64,000 nucleotides of DNA from Candidatus Latescibacterota bacterium (GTDB taxonomy: Bacteria > Latescibacterota > UBA2968 > UBA8231): the NCBI GenBank assembly GCA_965203355.1, contig OZ241889.1:2912001-2976000 (forward strand), in the 5' to 3' direction. Position 1 is the first letter of the stretch; every line of letters starts with the position of its first letter. Below, one piece after another: positions 19,938 to 28,953 of the stretch. The notes under the pieces are model-generated. The model had not been told where the DNA came from, ran no database searches, and was given only the letters and a program-made list of their open reading frames with translations. A program made the translations under genes and the position numbers.

Positions 19938-22900
19938 ATGTTAAAGTACACGCACACGCCGCTATTTTGGAGCAACCAAAAAGCATGGGCTTCGATGCAA
20001 TCAAAAAGCATGACAATCGCCCTTTTCTTGGGCGTCCTGAGCTATACATCCCTTTGGGGACAGAACATAGACTTTTCCCCACCTGATAAACCCGACGGCC
20101 CGGCCAAGCTAGAAAGTGCGCTGTGGGCGTTGGCCGCACCCCGAGCCGGCAAGCCAACTCGCGCTGTACAGGATACGGTCGTCGTCATCTTGGTTCCACA
20201 TCTTGGTCAAGGGTCGGCTTCGCTTGATACGTCGTCGCTGGCGGCACTGGGCGGGATGGTGCGCGCCCAGTCCAAGAGTCTGATGCGGGTTTCGGTTCCG
20301 GCGGCGTCGCTGCGGGCGGTTTCCGAGCTACCGGGGGTTCGCTTTGTTCGCCGGCCGCGTCGGCCGCATCCGAACCAGACTGTCAGCGAAGGGGTGCAAG
20401 TCACCAAAGCGCATGATAATCACCGCAATGGTGTGAGCGGCCAAGGGGCCAAGGTAGCGATTATTGATCTCGCATTTAAGGGGGCGGATCAATTAGGCTC
20501 AGAACTGCCGACGGATGTGAAGAATTTCGACTTTACCGGGGGCGGGATATACGCCTACGCCGGTTCTGAACTCGCTTCTGTCCACGGCACCGCTTGTGCC
20601 GAGATCATCCACGATATGGCTCCTGAAGCTGAACTCACGCTTCTGAAGGTAGGCGATCTCGTTGACGTTGAGAATGCCAAGGACTTTTGCATACGAGAGG
20701 GAATTGACATAATCAATCATTCCATAGCTTGGGCTGATGGCATTGTCGACGGCCGTGGGCGGGTCTGCGACATTGTAAATGACGCGGCTGACAACGGCAT
20801 CCTTTGGGTACAGGGATCGGGCAATACGGGCCACAGAAAATATTACGGAGGGGTATGGTCTGATTCCGATGATGACCGTTGGCACGACTTTGGCAGCCAA
20901 GACGACGAGCTCCTGTCGTTTAAAGCCGAGGCCGGGGATGATATACATGTTTTCTTGACTTGGGATGATTGGCCCATCTCCTACCAAGACTACGACCTGT
21001 ATCTCTATTTTGAGAAAGCCGACGGCGATTTAGAAGAAGTCGGCAAAAGTACCAATTTTCAATACACTTCCGGTGGCGAGCCTTATGAAGGCATCGAAAT
21101 AAAGGCACCAAAATCGGGGAACTATGGCATAGGGGTTTATTTCGGCAATCCGAACAATGTAAATGCCCAGCCTATGAAGCTAAAGATATTTATGTCTGGT
21201 TCCGATTTCGCAGAGTATGCGGTTACCGGGGGCAGTATCCTGAGTCCTGGCGACGCCAGAGGGGCTATGACCGTCGGCGCGATTCATTATAACGATTACG
21301 ACCTAGGTCGGATTGCAGATTACAGTTCCCGAGGGCCTACTGCCGATGGTCGCATCAAGCCCGACCTCGCCGCACCTACTGGAGCATCGACCGTTTCTTA
21401 TGGTGCCGGTGCCTTTTGGGGGACTTCCGCGGCGGGTCCCCACGTGGCCGGCGCGGCAGCGCTGATCAAGTCGGCGAATCCATCGTACTCGTACGCTCAG
21501 TTGTGGGACGCCCTGATCGCGGCAACGGTTGACATCGGACCGCCGGGCCGGGACAACGACAGCGGATACGGCAAACTCGTGCTGCCGATTATGCAAGCTG
21601 TCAGAAGCGACGATACGAATTCCGCGCCCACCAACGATGCGCCGCCCACCAATGATGCGCCGATCTCTTACGATGAGCCAATCTCTTACGATGAGCCAAT
21701 CACTTACGATGAGCCGATCACTTACGACGAGACGTTGAGCGAGAACATCACCTTGTCGGTGCGTCCGAGTGAGATCGAAGAGGACGCGGGGGAGACGACG
21801 GTTACGGTGACCGGGACGTTAGACGGCCAAGGGCTCGACGCGGATGCGACCCTCACGTTGGTCTTGGACCACGCCGCGGACCTGGCGGCGACGCGCGATG
21901 TGGACTATCTGGCGCGGCTGACGACGCTGACGATTCCGCGCGGTTCGGTGTCCGGGACCGCGACGATTGCGATCACCCCGCTCCCCGATGGGCAAGCCGA
22001 CACCCACGAGACGATCACGCTAACGCTGTTGACCGACGACCTCAAAAACCAAGCCGGCGAGACCCTCGCGGTACGGACCGCGGCGATCACGCTGATAGAT
22101 GACACGACTATGACGGATTCGGATGCGCCCGCCGACCTCGGCCGGCCTCGCTTCGCCGCGGGCCCGTTAGCCTTAGCCTTTGAAGCGACGAGGGGGCGGG
22201 CGTTTAGCGCGGTGTTGCCCGCCGCCACGGGCGAAGGGACGCTGACCTATAGCGTCTCGGCCGGGCTACCGGCCGGGCTGGCGTTTGACCCGGCCACCCG
22301 GACGATTGCCGGGACGCCAACCGCCGTGGGTATGGCTACGCTCGTCTATACGGTGCTCGATAGCGACGGCGACCGCGCCGCCCGAACCGTCACCCTCACG
22401 GTTCGGGAAGCCCAGCCGGTCGTGGGGGTCGCGAGTGTGCGGGCTTCGCCAGCGGTCGTGCGCGAAAACGGCGTGCCGACCGAAATCCGCGTTACGGCGA
22501 CGTTGGTGGGGGCGGCCCCGACAGCGGAGACGATTCGCTTCACGCTGGTGCCGCCAGCCAGCGGGACGATGGCCACCCGCAACGTGGATTACACCGCGAC
22601 ATGGGCGGGAACCGTCACCATCGCGGCCGGGGAGACGATGGGTTCGACAACGCTTTTCTTGTCGCCCATCGACAATGCGGCAACGGACGGTCATAAGTAT
22701 TTGGGGATCCGGGCGGCGGCTTCGGGCGGCTGGGGGCAGGTGGACCTGCGGATTTCCGACGACGAGACGGCCAGCACGGCGCTGGTGGTGTCGGTGCTGC
22801 CGAGCGCGATTAGCGAGTCGGCGGAATTGACGGAAGTGATGGTCATGGCTGCGTTGGACGGCCAGCCGTTGGCCACGGATGCGACGGTCGCCATCTCGAT

Positions 22901-24185
22901 TGACGCGGCTTCGAGTGCCACACGCGGTACGGACTACTCGGCCCGGTTCGATCCAGCCGTTACCATTGCGGCCGGTGCGCTTATGGGTTCGACGCGCTTT
23001 TTGATTGATCCGGTCGCCGATGGCTTGGCCGAAGGGGACGAGACGATCGTCCTCCACGCGAGAGGGCCGGGCTTGACGGCGGGTTCGGCGACGCTGGTGC
23101 TGACCGACGTGGACAGCGGCATGATGGACAGCGATGAGGAGAAGACGCTCTCCTTGGCTTTCGTCGAGGGAGCTTCGGTCGCCGCACACACCTATACGGC
23201 GGGCATGGCGATTACGCCGTTGGTCCTGCCGATGGCGATGGGCGGCGAGGGAGCCATCACGTACAGCGTGTCGGATTTGCCAGCCGGGCTGTCGTTTAAC
23301 GCGGCGACCCGGACGATTTCCGGGACGCCAGACGCGGCGACCGATGGGGCCGTTGAGGTCACCTACACGGCGACGGCTGGCGCCGAAAGCGTCTCGCTGA
23401 CGTTCACAATCACGGTCAACCCGATGCTGGACTTGAGCACGTTGTTCGATGTGTTCAACAACGGAGCCGGCAAGCCGGTGCCAGTGCGGGCCGGGCTGAA
23501 TGCGAATGCGCGGCTGTATCTGGATGCGCCGACAGCCCTGCCGAGCGTAGGTGAGGAGTTCGTCGTTAATGTGCGGTTGGCCGACTTCGTGGCGGTCAAA
23601 GGCTACGGCTTGCAGATAGCGTATGACGCCGACCAGCTAACTTTCGTCGAGGTTGCGAACCGATCCGTGCTAGAGGGTCACGCGTGGGCTACGCCGCAGG
23701 TGCTGGCCGAAGCTGGCGTGTTGACGGTAGCCACCCACGGCGATGTCGTTGCCGACGGCGAGCTAATGCTGCGCTTGGTCTTCCGTCCGACGACCGAGAT
23801 CGCGCACACAACCCTCGAAATCACCGACAACCAAACGTATGACCGGGCGTTGGGCTTCAACCGCTTGGCATTGCCCGCGCCGGTGGCATTACAGACGCGC
23901 CCGGCCGTGTTTTCGCTGGCGGCCAACTATCCGAACCCGTTCAATCCGCAGACGACGATTCAGTACGCGTTGCCGCAGGCGGCGGACGTGGGGCTGACGG
24001 TGTATAATGTACTGGGTCAGCCGATTCGGACGCTGGTCGCCGAGCATCAGGCGGCGGGTCGTTACGCGGTCGAGTGGGACGCGACCAACGACAGTGGCCA
24101 GAGCGTGTCGTCGGGGATGTACTTCTACCGCTTACAAGCGGGCGAAGCGTTCCTCGACATCAAAAAGATGCTACTGCTCAAGTAA
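19938..24185 (+). CDS. Secreted S8 (subtilisin-like) peptidase with Calx-beta-like, putative Ig (He_PIG), cohesin-like and FlgD/T9SS-type C-terminal domains; true start may be a later Met
   Basis: Catalytic VAIID / HGTACA / GTSAAGPHVAG; LPAGLAFDPATRTIAGTP Ig modules; C-terminal NYPNPFNP...SSGMYFYRL...KKMLLLK. Confidence 0.9.
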   Translation: MLKYTHTPLFWSNQKAWASMQSKSMTIALFLGVLSYTSLWGQNIDFSPPDKPDGPAKLESALWALAAPRAGKPTRAVQDTVVVILVPHLGQGSASLDTSSLAALGGMVRAQSKSLMRVSVPAASLRAVSELPGVRFVRRPRRPHPNQTVSEGVQVTKAHDNHRNGVSGQGAKVAIIDLAFKGADQLGSELPTDVKNFDFTGGGIYAYAGSELASVHGTACAEIIHDMAPEAELTLLKVGDLVDVENAKDFCIREGIDIINHSIAWADGIVDGRGRVCDIVNDAADNGILWVQGSGNTGHRKYYGGVWSDSDDDRWHDFGSQDDELLSFKAEAGDDIHVFLTWDDWPISYQDYDLYLYFEKADGDLEEVGKSTNFQYTSGGEPYEGIEIKAPKSGNYGIGVYFGNPNNVNAQPMKLKIFMSGSDFAEYAVTGGSILSPGDARGAMTVGAIHYNDYDLGRIADYSSRGPTADGRIKPDLAAPTGASTVSYGAGAFWGTSAAGPHVAGAAALIKSANPSYSYAQLWDALIAATVDIGPPGRDNDSGYGKLVLPIMQAVRSDDTNSAPTNDAPPTNDAPISYDEPISYDEPITYDEPITYDETLSENITLSVRPSEIEEDAGETTVTVTGTLDGQGLDADATLTLVLDHAADLAATRDVDYLARLTTLTIPRGSVSGTATIAITPLPDGQADTHETITLTLLTDDLKNQAGETLAVRTAAITLIDDTTMTDSDAPADLGRPRFAAGPLALAFEATRGRAFSAVLPAATGEGTLTYSVSAGLPAGLAFDPATRTIAGTPTAVGMATLVYTVLDSDGDRAARTVTLTVREAQPVVGVASVRASPAVVRENGVPTEIRVTATLVGAAPTAETIRFTLVPPASGTMATRNVDYTATWAGTVTIAAGETMGSTTLFLSPIDNAATDGHKYLGIRAAASGGWGQVDLRISDDETASTALVVSVLPSAISESAELTEVMVMAALDGQPLATDATVAISIDAASSATRGTDYSARFDPAVTIAAGALMGSTRFLIDPVADGLAEGDETIVLHARGPGLTAGSATLVLTDVDSGMMDSDEEKTLSLAFVEGASVAAHTYTAGMAITPLVLPMAMGGEGAITYSVSDLPAGLSFNAATRTISGTPDAATDGAVEVTYTATAGAESVSLTFTITVNPMLDLSTLFDVFNNGAGKPVPVRAGLNANARLYLDAPTALPSVGEEFVVNVRLADFVAVKGYGLQIAYDADQLTFVEVANRSVLEGHAWATPQVLAEAGVLTVATHGDVVADGELMLRLVFRPTTEIAHTTLEITDNQTYDRALGFNRLALPAPVALQTRPAVFSLAANYPNPFNPQTTIQYALPQAADVGLTVYNVLGQPIRTLVAEHQAAGRYAVEWDATNDSGQSVSSGMYFYRLQAGEAFLDIKKMLLLK
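21624..21731 (+). repeat. 18-bp coding minisatellite, six units (APTNDA PPTNDA PISYDE PISYDE PITYDE PITYDE)
   Basis: Direct reading, e.g. CCAATCTCTTACGATGAG / CCAATCACTTACGATGAG. Confidence 0.92.
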
Positions 24186-24402
24186 CACACACGACACCGC
24201 GCGAGTTACGGAAATGGGACCTCAACTTTCGGTTTGAGGTCCCATTTTCTTATGAACGTCAGAGCGACAGCCTACGGACCGCTTGCAGGCGGGCGAAGTG
24301 CTCCTCGCCGTCCAGAAGATGCTGCTGATCAAGTAGCACACGCGACACCGCGAGAATTACGAAAATGGGACCTCAATTTTCGATTTGAGGTCCCATTTTC
24401 TT
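24127..24402 (+). repeat. Diverged direct repeat (about 125 bp, 151-bp offset) of the S8 gene 3' end plus terminator
   Basis: 24127-24251 versus 24278-24402; the copies encode RLQAGEAFLDIKKMLLLK* and RLQAGEVLLAVQKMLLIK*. Confidence 0.92.
24212..24251 (+). terminator. Intrinsic terminator of the S8 gene (copy 1)
   Basis: AAATGGGACCTCAA-loop-TTGAGGTCCCATTT followed by TCTT. Confidence 0.85.
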
Positions 24403-24406
24403 TTTT
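24361..24406. terminator. Intrinsic terminator (copy 2), probably bidirectional
   Basis: GAAAATGGGACCTCAA-loop-TTGAGGTCCCATTTTC followed by T6. Confidence 0.85.
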
Positions 24407-24461
24407 CGCCGCAACTCGTTGCACTTGGCACTTGATCGTGAAAATCAAGGAAAGCATCCCC

Positions 24462-25490
24462 TTACAGTTTGAGGCAGCGTCCGCTTTCAGCCGCGCCGTA
24501 CGCCGCCTCGACAAAGCGCATGGCCTGCCAAGCATCGTCGCCGTTGGTGATGAAAGTACCCTGCCCACGGCTAGCGGCGACAAAGTCGGCGATAAAGTCC
24601 AATCCGGCCGCTCCACCGTACCCGGGCGCCTCGCCAACTGAGAGGTCAAATTGACGGTACTCGTCCTCGGTCCAGCCCCCGGCTTGGCTTTGGACGATGA
24701 GCCGGTCGCCGCGTCCTTCCCAATCTTGCATCACCCACGTTGCATCCCCTGCCGTTCCCCTAAAACACAAGTAAATATCGCCGTATCGGCGTGGCAGGAC
24801 ATAGCCCGCGTGCAGGCTACCCAGTGCGCCGTTGTCCATGCAGAACGAAGCGGTGAGCACATCCTCGACGTCAATGTCAGTGCCGCTCAGGGTCGCCTTG
24901 TGGGCACTGACGGCTTGGTACTCCAAACCGCTGATATAGCGAATCAAATCGACCGTATGGATCGCCAGCCAGTGTAGGATGCCCCCACCCGCTTGTGCGC
25001 GGTCAAAGAGCCAGTGGTCCGGGTTGCGCTGCTGGACGGTGCTGGTGATCATCCGACCCTCAATCGAGACGATGCGGCCCAAGACACCAGCGGCAACGAG
25101 TTCGCTCATTTTGCTGGCAATCGGATGATAGCGGTTCAGAAAGGCCGTGGCCCACAAGACCTGCTGCTCAGCGGCGACTTTGTTGAGGCGGGCGATGTCA
25201 GCGGCCGTGCGCGCGACCGGTTTCTCGGCAAGGACCGGCACGTCGGCCTGCAAAAGCTGCGCGATGAGGTCTGGTGCTCGATCATTGCGCGTACACACGA
25301 TGGCGAGCCCCAACTTCTCGTCCTCCAACAGTGCGTCTAGGGTGCCATACACCTGATCAACGCCCGTGCATTCCTCGGTCGCACAGACGACCAACCGATC
25401 CACCGCCTCGCCGTGTTGCAGTGAAGCCAGCCAGCCGCGGCTGTGGGGATTGTCCAGCCCGACGAGAGCGGCGCATACTTTATCCGTCAT
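24462..25490 (-). CDS. Gfo/Idh/MocA-family oxidoreductase
   Basis: VLAEKPVA, GGGILHWLAIHTVD, DVED; start MTDKVC inferred. Confidence 0.9.
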   Translation of the reverse strand: MTDKVCAALVGLDNPHSRGWLASLQHGEAVDRLVVCATEECTGVDQVYGTLDALLEDEKLGLAIVCTRNDRAPDLIAQLLQADVPVLAEKPVARTAADIARLNKVAAEQQVLWATAFLNRYHPIASKMSELVAAGVLGRIVSIEGRMITSTVQQRNPDHWLFDRAQAGGGILHWLAIHTVDLIRYISGLEYQAVSAHKATLSGTDIDVEDVLTASFCMDNGALGSLHAGYVLPRRYGDIYLCFRGTAGDATWVMQDWEGRGDRLIVQSQAGGWTEDEYRQFDLSVGEAPGYGGAAGLDFIADFVAASRGQGTFITNGDDAWQAMRFVEAAYGAAESGRCLKL

Positions 25491-26466
25491 GGTAATCCAC
25501 CCTCTTTCCTTCCCGCGCCGACCGGTAGATGTTTTCCAACAACGCCACCGTGCGGCGCCCCTCCCGGCCATCCACCCGCAGGGCGGTCCCATGCTCTAAG
25601 GCCGAGACTACGTCCTCAACGACATTGGTCAGCGGATTGTCTATGGCCAGTAGCTTTTCTTGTAGCCCATCGCCAAAGACGCGCATCTCGCCCGACAGCA
25701 CGGCGTCCAACAACACGCCCCCTTCGCTGCCGTGGACCTCGGCGCTAAAATAAGGGCTTGCCGGGAAGGTCGTCGTGCCCAAAATGCCCCCTTTGGCCCC
25801 GCTCTCGAAGTTCAAGATGGCCTGACCAATATCCTCGGTCTCAATGTCGTGGTTCAGAATCGCCGTTTCGCCATACACCGTCTTGGGCACGCCCATGAAC
25901 CACAGCAGGAGATCAATCAGGTGCGATCCCTGATTGGCCAGCGATCCGCCCCCGTCCATCGCCCAAGTGCCGCGCCAGCCGCCGCCGTGTTCAAAGTACT
26001 CCTGTGAGCGAAACCACTTAAAGCGCACCTCGCCGAGGATGGGCTTGCCTAACAGGCCCTGCTTGAGGGCTTCGGCAACGCGGTAGTTGTTATCGACATA
26101 GCGGCTTTGGTAATCGACTCCGAGCAAGCGTCCGCCCGCGTCGGCCGCGGCAATTAACTCGTCGCAGGCTTTGGTGCTGACGTCCATGGGCTTGGTGGTA
26201 ATTACGTGATTGCCGGCTCTGAGTGCCTCAACGCCTATGGATGCGTGTAGCCCGCTCGGGGTCATCACCAGCACGACATCCACATCGCCCCTCCCCAAAG
26301 CGTCTTCAAGGGCCGTACACCACGCGCAGCCCATTTCCTCGCCTACTTGGCGGGCTAAATCTTCGTTGAGATCGACGACCACGCGCAGTTCGGCCCCGGC
26401 GGTCTCAACCACTTGCCGAGCGCGGTTGCGCCCCATGCCCAGCCCTACAACAGCAAATCCGATCAT
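25480..26466 (-). CDS. Gfo/Idh/MocA-family oxidoreductase
   Basis: AVVGLGMG, TPSGLH, TKPMD, WRGTWAMDGGG; AGGAGAAGG RBS before ATG at 26466. Confidence 0.92.
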   Translation of the reverse strand: MIGFAVVGLGMGRNRARQVVETAGAELRVVVDLNEDLARQVGEEMGCAWCTALEDALGRGDVDVVLVMTPSGLHASIGVEALRAGNHVITTKPMDVSTKACDELIAAADAGGRLLGVDYQSRYVDNNYRVAEALKQGLLGKPILGEVRFKWFRSQEYFEHGGGWRGTWAMDGGGSLANQGSHLIDLLLWFMGVPKTVYGETAILNHDIETEDIGQAILNFESGAKGGILGTTTFPASPYFSAEVHGSEGGVLLDAVLSGEMRVFGDGLQEKLLAIDNPLTNVVEDVVSALEHGTALRVDGREGRRTVALLENIYRSAREGKRVDYHDG

Positions 26467-26627
26467 GGTACCTTCTCCTTTTTCATATCCAATGCTGCCA
26501 GCCTCTCGCGGCGATTGGCCCAAGGCATGTTCCATCCTTGGCGTTCAAGGCCCATTCACATCAGACCGACACCGGCAAAGAACTCGGCAAACGTTTTTTC
26601 AGCTTGAACGGTGCTATTTGGCTCGGC

Positions 26628-27023
26628 TTAGACCCAGTTTTCACATTGCAGTCCCCGAATCCGGCTGAACTCTCTCAGATTATTGCTCACTAGGATGCAC
26701 TGCTGGCTCAGGGCATGAGCAGCGATTAGCAAGTCCATATTGCCGATAGGCTTGCCCCTTTTTTCTACGTTGGTGCGGATTTTACCGTATTGCCGAGCCG
26801 CTTCCGCATCCCAAGGTTGCACGTCCAAGTGAGCGACGAAATCAACTAAAATGCGCTGGTTCATTTTTTTTGCCGAGGATCGCTCAACGCCATATTGCAG
26901 TTCCGCGTACGCAATCGCGGAAATACAGAGCGTATTAGGGGGAATTGAGTTGAATTTCGCCAGCAAGTTAGCCGGTCGTTTTTTGATGATATAGATGCAT
27001 ATGTTGGTATCCAGCATGTACAT
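26628..27023 (-). CDS. vapC: VapC PIN-domain toxin
   Basis: MLDTNICIYII, IGNMDLLIAAHA, LVSNNLREF, ENW. Confidence 0.95.
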   Translation of the reverse strand: MYMLDTNICIYIIKKRPANLLAKFNSIPPNTLCISAIAYAELQYGVERSSAKKMNQRILVDFVAHLDVQPWDAEAARQYGKIRTNVEKRGKPIGNMDLLIAAHALSQQCILVSNNLREFSRIRGLQCENWV

Positions 27024-27260
27024 CTAAAACAGATCCGGGCGGCTTTGGGGTGCGAGATCCACACGAGTCGCCATAAAATCTTCGGAAGGAAGCGGAGTCT
27101 CCTTAAAGAAGGCATCCCAAGACAGCGGACGAGGTGAGAGGATAATGTTCGGGCCTTCTTTACGAATCAATACTTCCGATCCTGCAAAGCGAAATTCTTT
27201 AGGCAACCGCACGGCTTGGCTGCGACCGTTCATAAAGAGCTTGGCAATTTTAGGTTGCAC
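27024..27260 (-). CDS. vapB: VapB antitoxin (AbrB/SpoVT type)
   Basis: AKLFMNGRSQAVRLPKEFRF; GTG start after AAGGAGG. Confidence 0.93.
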   Translation of the reverse strand: MQPKIAKLFMNGRSQAVRLPKEFRFAGSEVLIRKEGPNIILSPRPLSWDAFFKETPLPSEDFMATRVDLAPQSRPDLF

Positions 27261-27281
27261 GATAAAATCCTCCTTGTTGGC

Positions 27282-27298
27282 ATATATCAAAGATATAT
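27282..27298. promoter_or_regulatory. Palindromic vapBC autoregulatory operator (candidate)
   Basis: ATATATC-AAA-GATATAT just upstream of the vapB RBS. Confidence 0.6.
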
Positions 27299-27346
27299 AT
27301 CATAAACGAAAAATCAATTCGAGCCGTTGTGTGTCCGTGCCACCTG

Positions 27347-28951
27347 TCAATCTTCCACCACGTACAACCGCTGGTTCACCGCCAAATCTTCGAGCACTTG
27401 CACGCCCCCAGCCGGCCAGTGAATCTCTAGCCGCTCAATGCGCTCGGCTGTGCCCACGCCGAACACCGGGGCGCGCTGACTCGTCGAGAGGAAACCCGAT
27501 CCCGCCTTTACTTCCCTGAGTTGCCGACGTCCGCCGGCCCATAGGTACAGGCGGGCACCAATGCCGTCGCGGTTGCTCTGCCGACCCTTTAGCGCGACCG
27601 CGAGGTAATGGCCTTGGGCACCGTCGTTGCGCAGCAAGGCGAAGCGGCGGCCGTTGTTGACGAGGGCAATATCCAAGTCGCCATCTTGGTCGATGTCTCC
27701 AAAGGCGGAGCCGCGCACCACGTAGAAGGCAGTAAAAGCCGGACCACTCTCAGCGGTCACTTCGCGGAAGACACCCGCACCGCCATTGCGAAAAAGCTGT
27801 GCCTGTTGTGCGTAGGTCACCAATTCGTCGTACTGTTCAATGTTGTCGTGGACATGGCCGTTGCCCACGAACAGGTCGAGGTGCCCGTCGTTGTCCGAGT
27901 CGAAAAACCCCGTGCCAAAACCAAGGTAGTTCAGGCTGAGATCGCCGAGGCCAGCCTTGAAGCTGATCTCGGAATAAAATGCGCCGTCGTTGCGATACAG
28001 CCCGTTATTTTCCAACTGGTAGTTGGTGACGAAGAGGTCGAGATCGCCGTCTTGGTCTATATCGCCGGAATCAACTCCCATGCCCGCTTGGCTGGCCCCG
28101 TCCGCGCTCAGCGCAGTCCCGGCCAGCAAGCCGATCTCGGCAAAGGTGCCGTCGCCTTGGTTGACGTAGTGGAAATTGGGTGTTAAGTCGTTGGCTACGT
28201 ACAGATCCGGGTCGCCGTCCCCATCGAAGTCGCCAGCCACCGCGCCCAACCCATTGCCCTGGTGCTCAATACCCGCTTGGCGGCTCACCGCAGAAAAGAC
28301 GCCGCGGCCTTCATTGCGGTAGAGAATATCCACGGTAGCAGCAAAAACTCGTGGATCGCAGTAGAAGCGCAGCCCCAAGTCCTCGCGTCCACACCAAGGC
28401 TGTTCGCCCAAGACAAAGCGGACGTACTGCGCGGCGAAGAGGTCGAGGTCGCCGTCGAGATCCCAATCGAACGCAACGGCACTGGTGGTCCATCCCGCGT
28501 GGCCGAGACCGGCCTCTTCCGTGGCATCGACATAACCCCCTCTTTCGCGCCGGTAGAACTGATCCGGCCCCCATGCCGTCAGGTAGAGATCCGGGTCGCC
28601 ATCTCCATCGTAGTCGGCCGCGGTCACCCCCATGCCATAGGAGGTACCGGGTGCGCCCGCGGCGCCATCCACCCGTGCAAAGACGCGCCCGTCGTTGCGA
28701 AAGAGTTGGTTGGCGGCTGGGCCCCGCCCCTGCTCCAAGTCCCCGCTGTTGACCAAGTACAAGTCCCAATCGCCGTCATCGTCGTAGTCGAGAAAGGCAC
28801 TGCCAGCACCATTGGTCTCGGGCAATCGCTTTTGCGGCGAGGCCCCATTGTCGTGGACAAAATCAATGCCTAACTCGCGGGCGACCTCGGCGAAGCGGCT
28901 CTGCCCATAGCTAACGGCCGACAGCAAGAGCACCAAGACTAGGGCACCCAC
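27347..28951 (-). CDS. CRTAC1/ASPIC-UnbV family FG-GAP repeat protein
   Basis: Signal peptide; repeated DYDxDGDxDLY motifs; C-terminal SNRDGIGAR...GSGFLS...WPAG. Confidence 0.93.
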   Translation of the reverse strand: MGALVLVLLLSAVSYGQSRFAEVARELGIDFVHDNGASPQKRLPETNGAGSAFLDYDDDGDWDLYLVNSGDLEQGRGPAANQLFRNDGRVFARVDGAAGAPGTSYGMGVTAADYDGDGDPDLYLTAWGPDQFYRRERGGYVDATEEAGLGHAGWTTSAVAFDWDLDGDLDLFAAQYVRFVLGEQPWCGREDLGLRFYCDPRVFAATVDILYRNEGRGVFSAVSRQAGIEHQGNGLGAVAGDFDGDGDPDLYVANDLTPNFHYVNQGDGTFAEIGLLAGTALSADGASQAGMGVDSGDIDQDGDLDLFVTNYQLENNGLYRNDGAFYSEISFKAGLGDLSLNYLGFGTGFFDSDNDGHLDLFVGNGHVHDNIEQYDELVTYAQQAQLFRNGGAGVFREVTAESGPAFTAFYVVRGSAFGDIDQDGDLDIALVNNGRRFALLRNDGAQGHYLAVALKGRQSNRDGIGARLYLWAGGRRQLREVKAGSGFLSTSQRAPVFGVGTAERIERLEIHWPAGGVQVLEDLAVNQRLYVVED

Positions 28952-28953
28952 TA

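Noticed and set aside
22266-23189. 307-aa antisense ORF
   Set aside because: Arg-rich shadow of GC-rich S8 coding sequence
24127-24402. DGR template/variable repeat pair
   Set aside because: Of 17 differences, 9 have A in copy 1, 5 have A in copy 2 and 3 involve no A, so they are not one-directional; no reverse transcriptase in the window
19696-24406. tRNA-Lys-anchored genomic island
   Set aside because: The S8 gene lies on the 5' side of the tRNA; no integrase and no duplicated tRNA 3' end seen
24234-24641. 135-aa ORF after the S8 gene
   Set aside because: Runs through terminator hairpins and antisense to the Gfo/Idh/MocA gene; no recognisable motif
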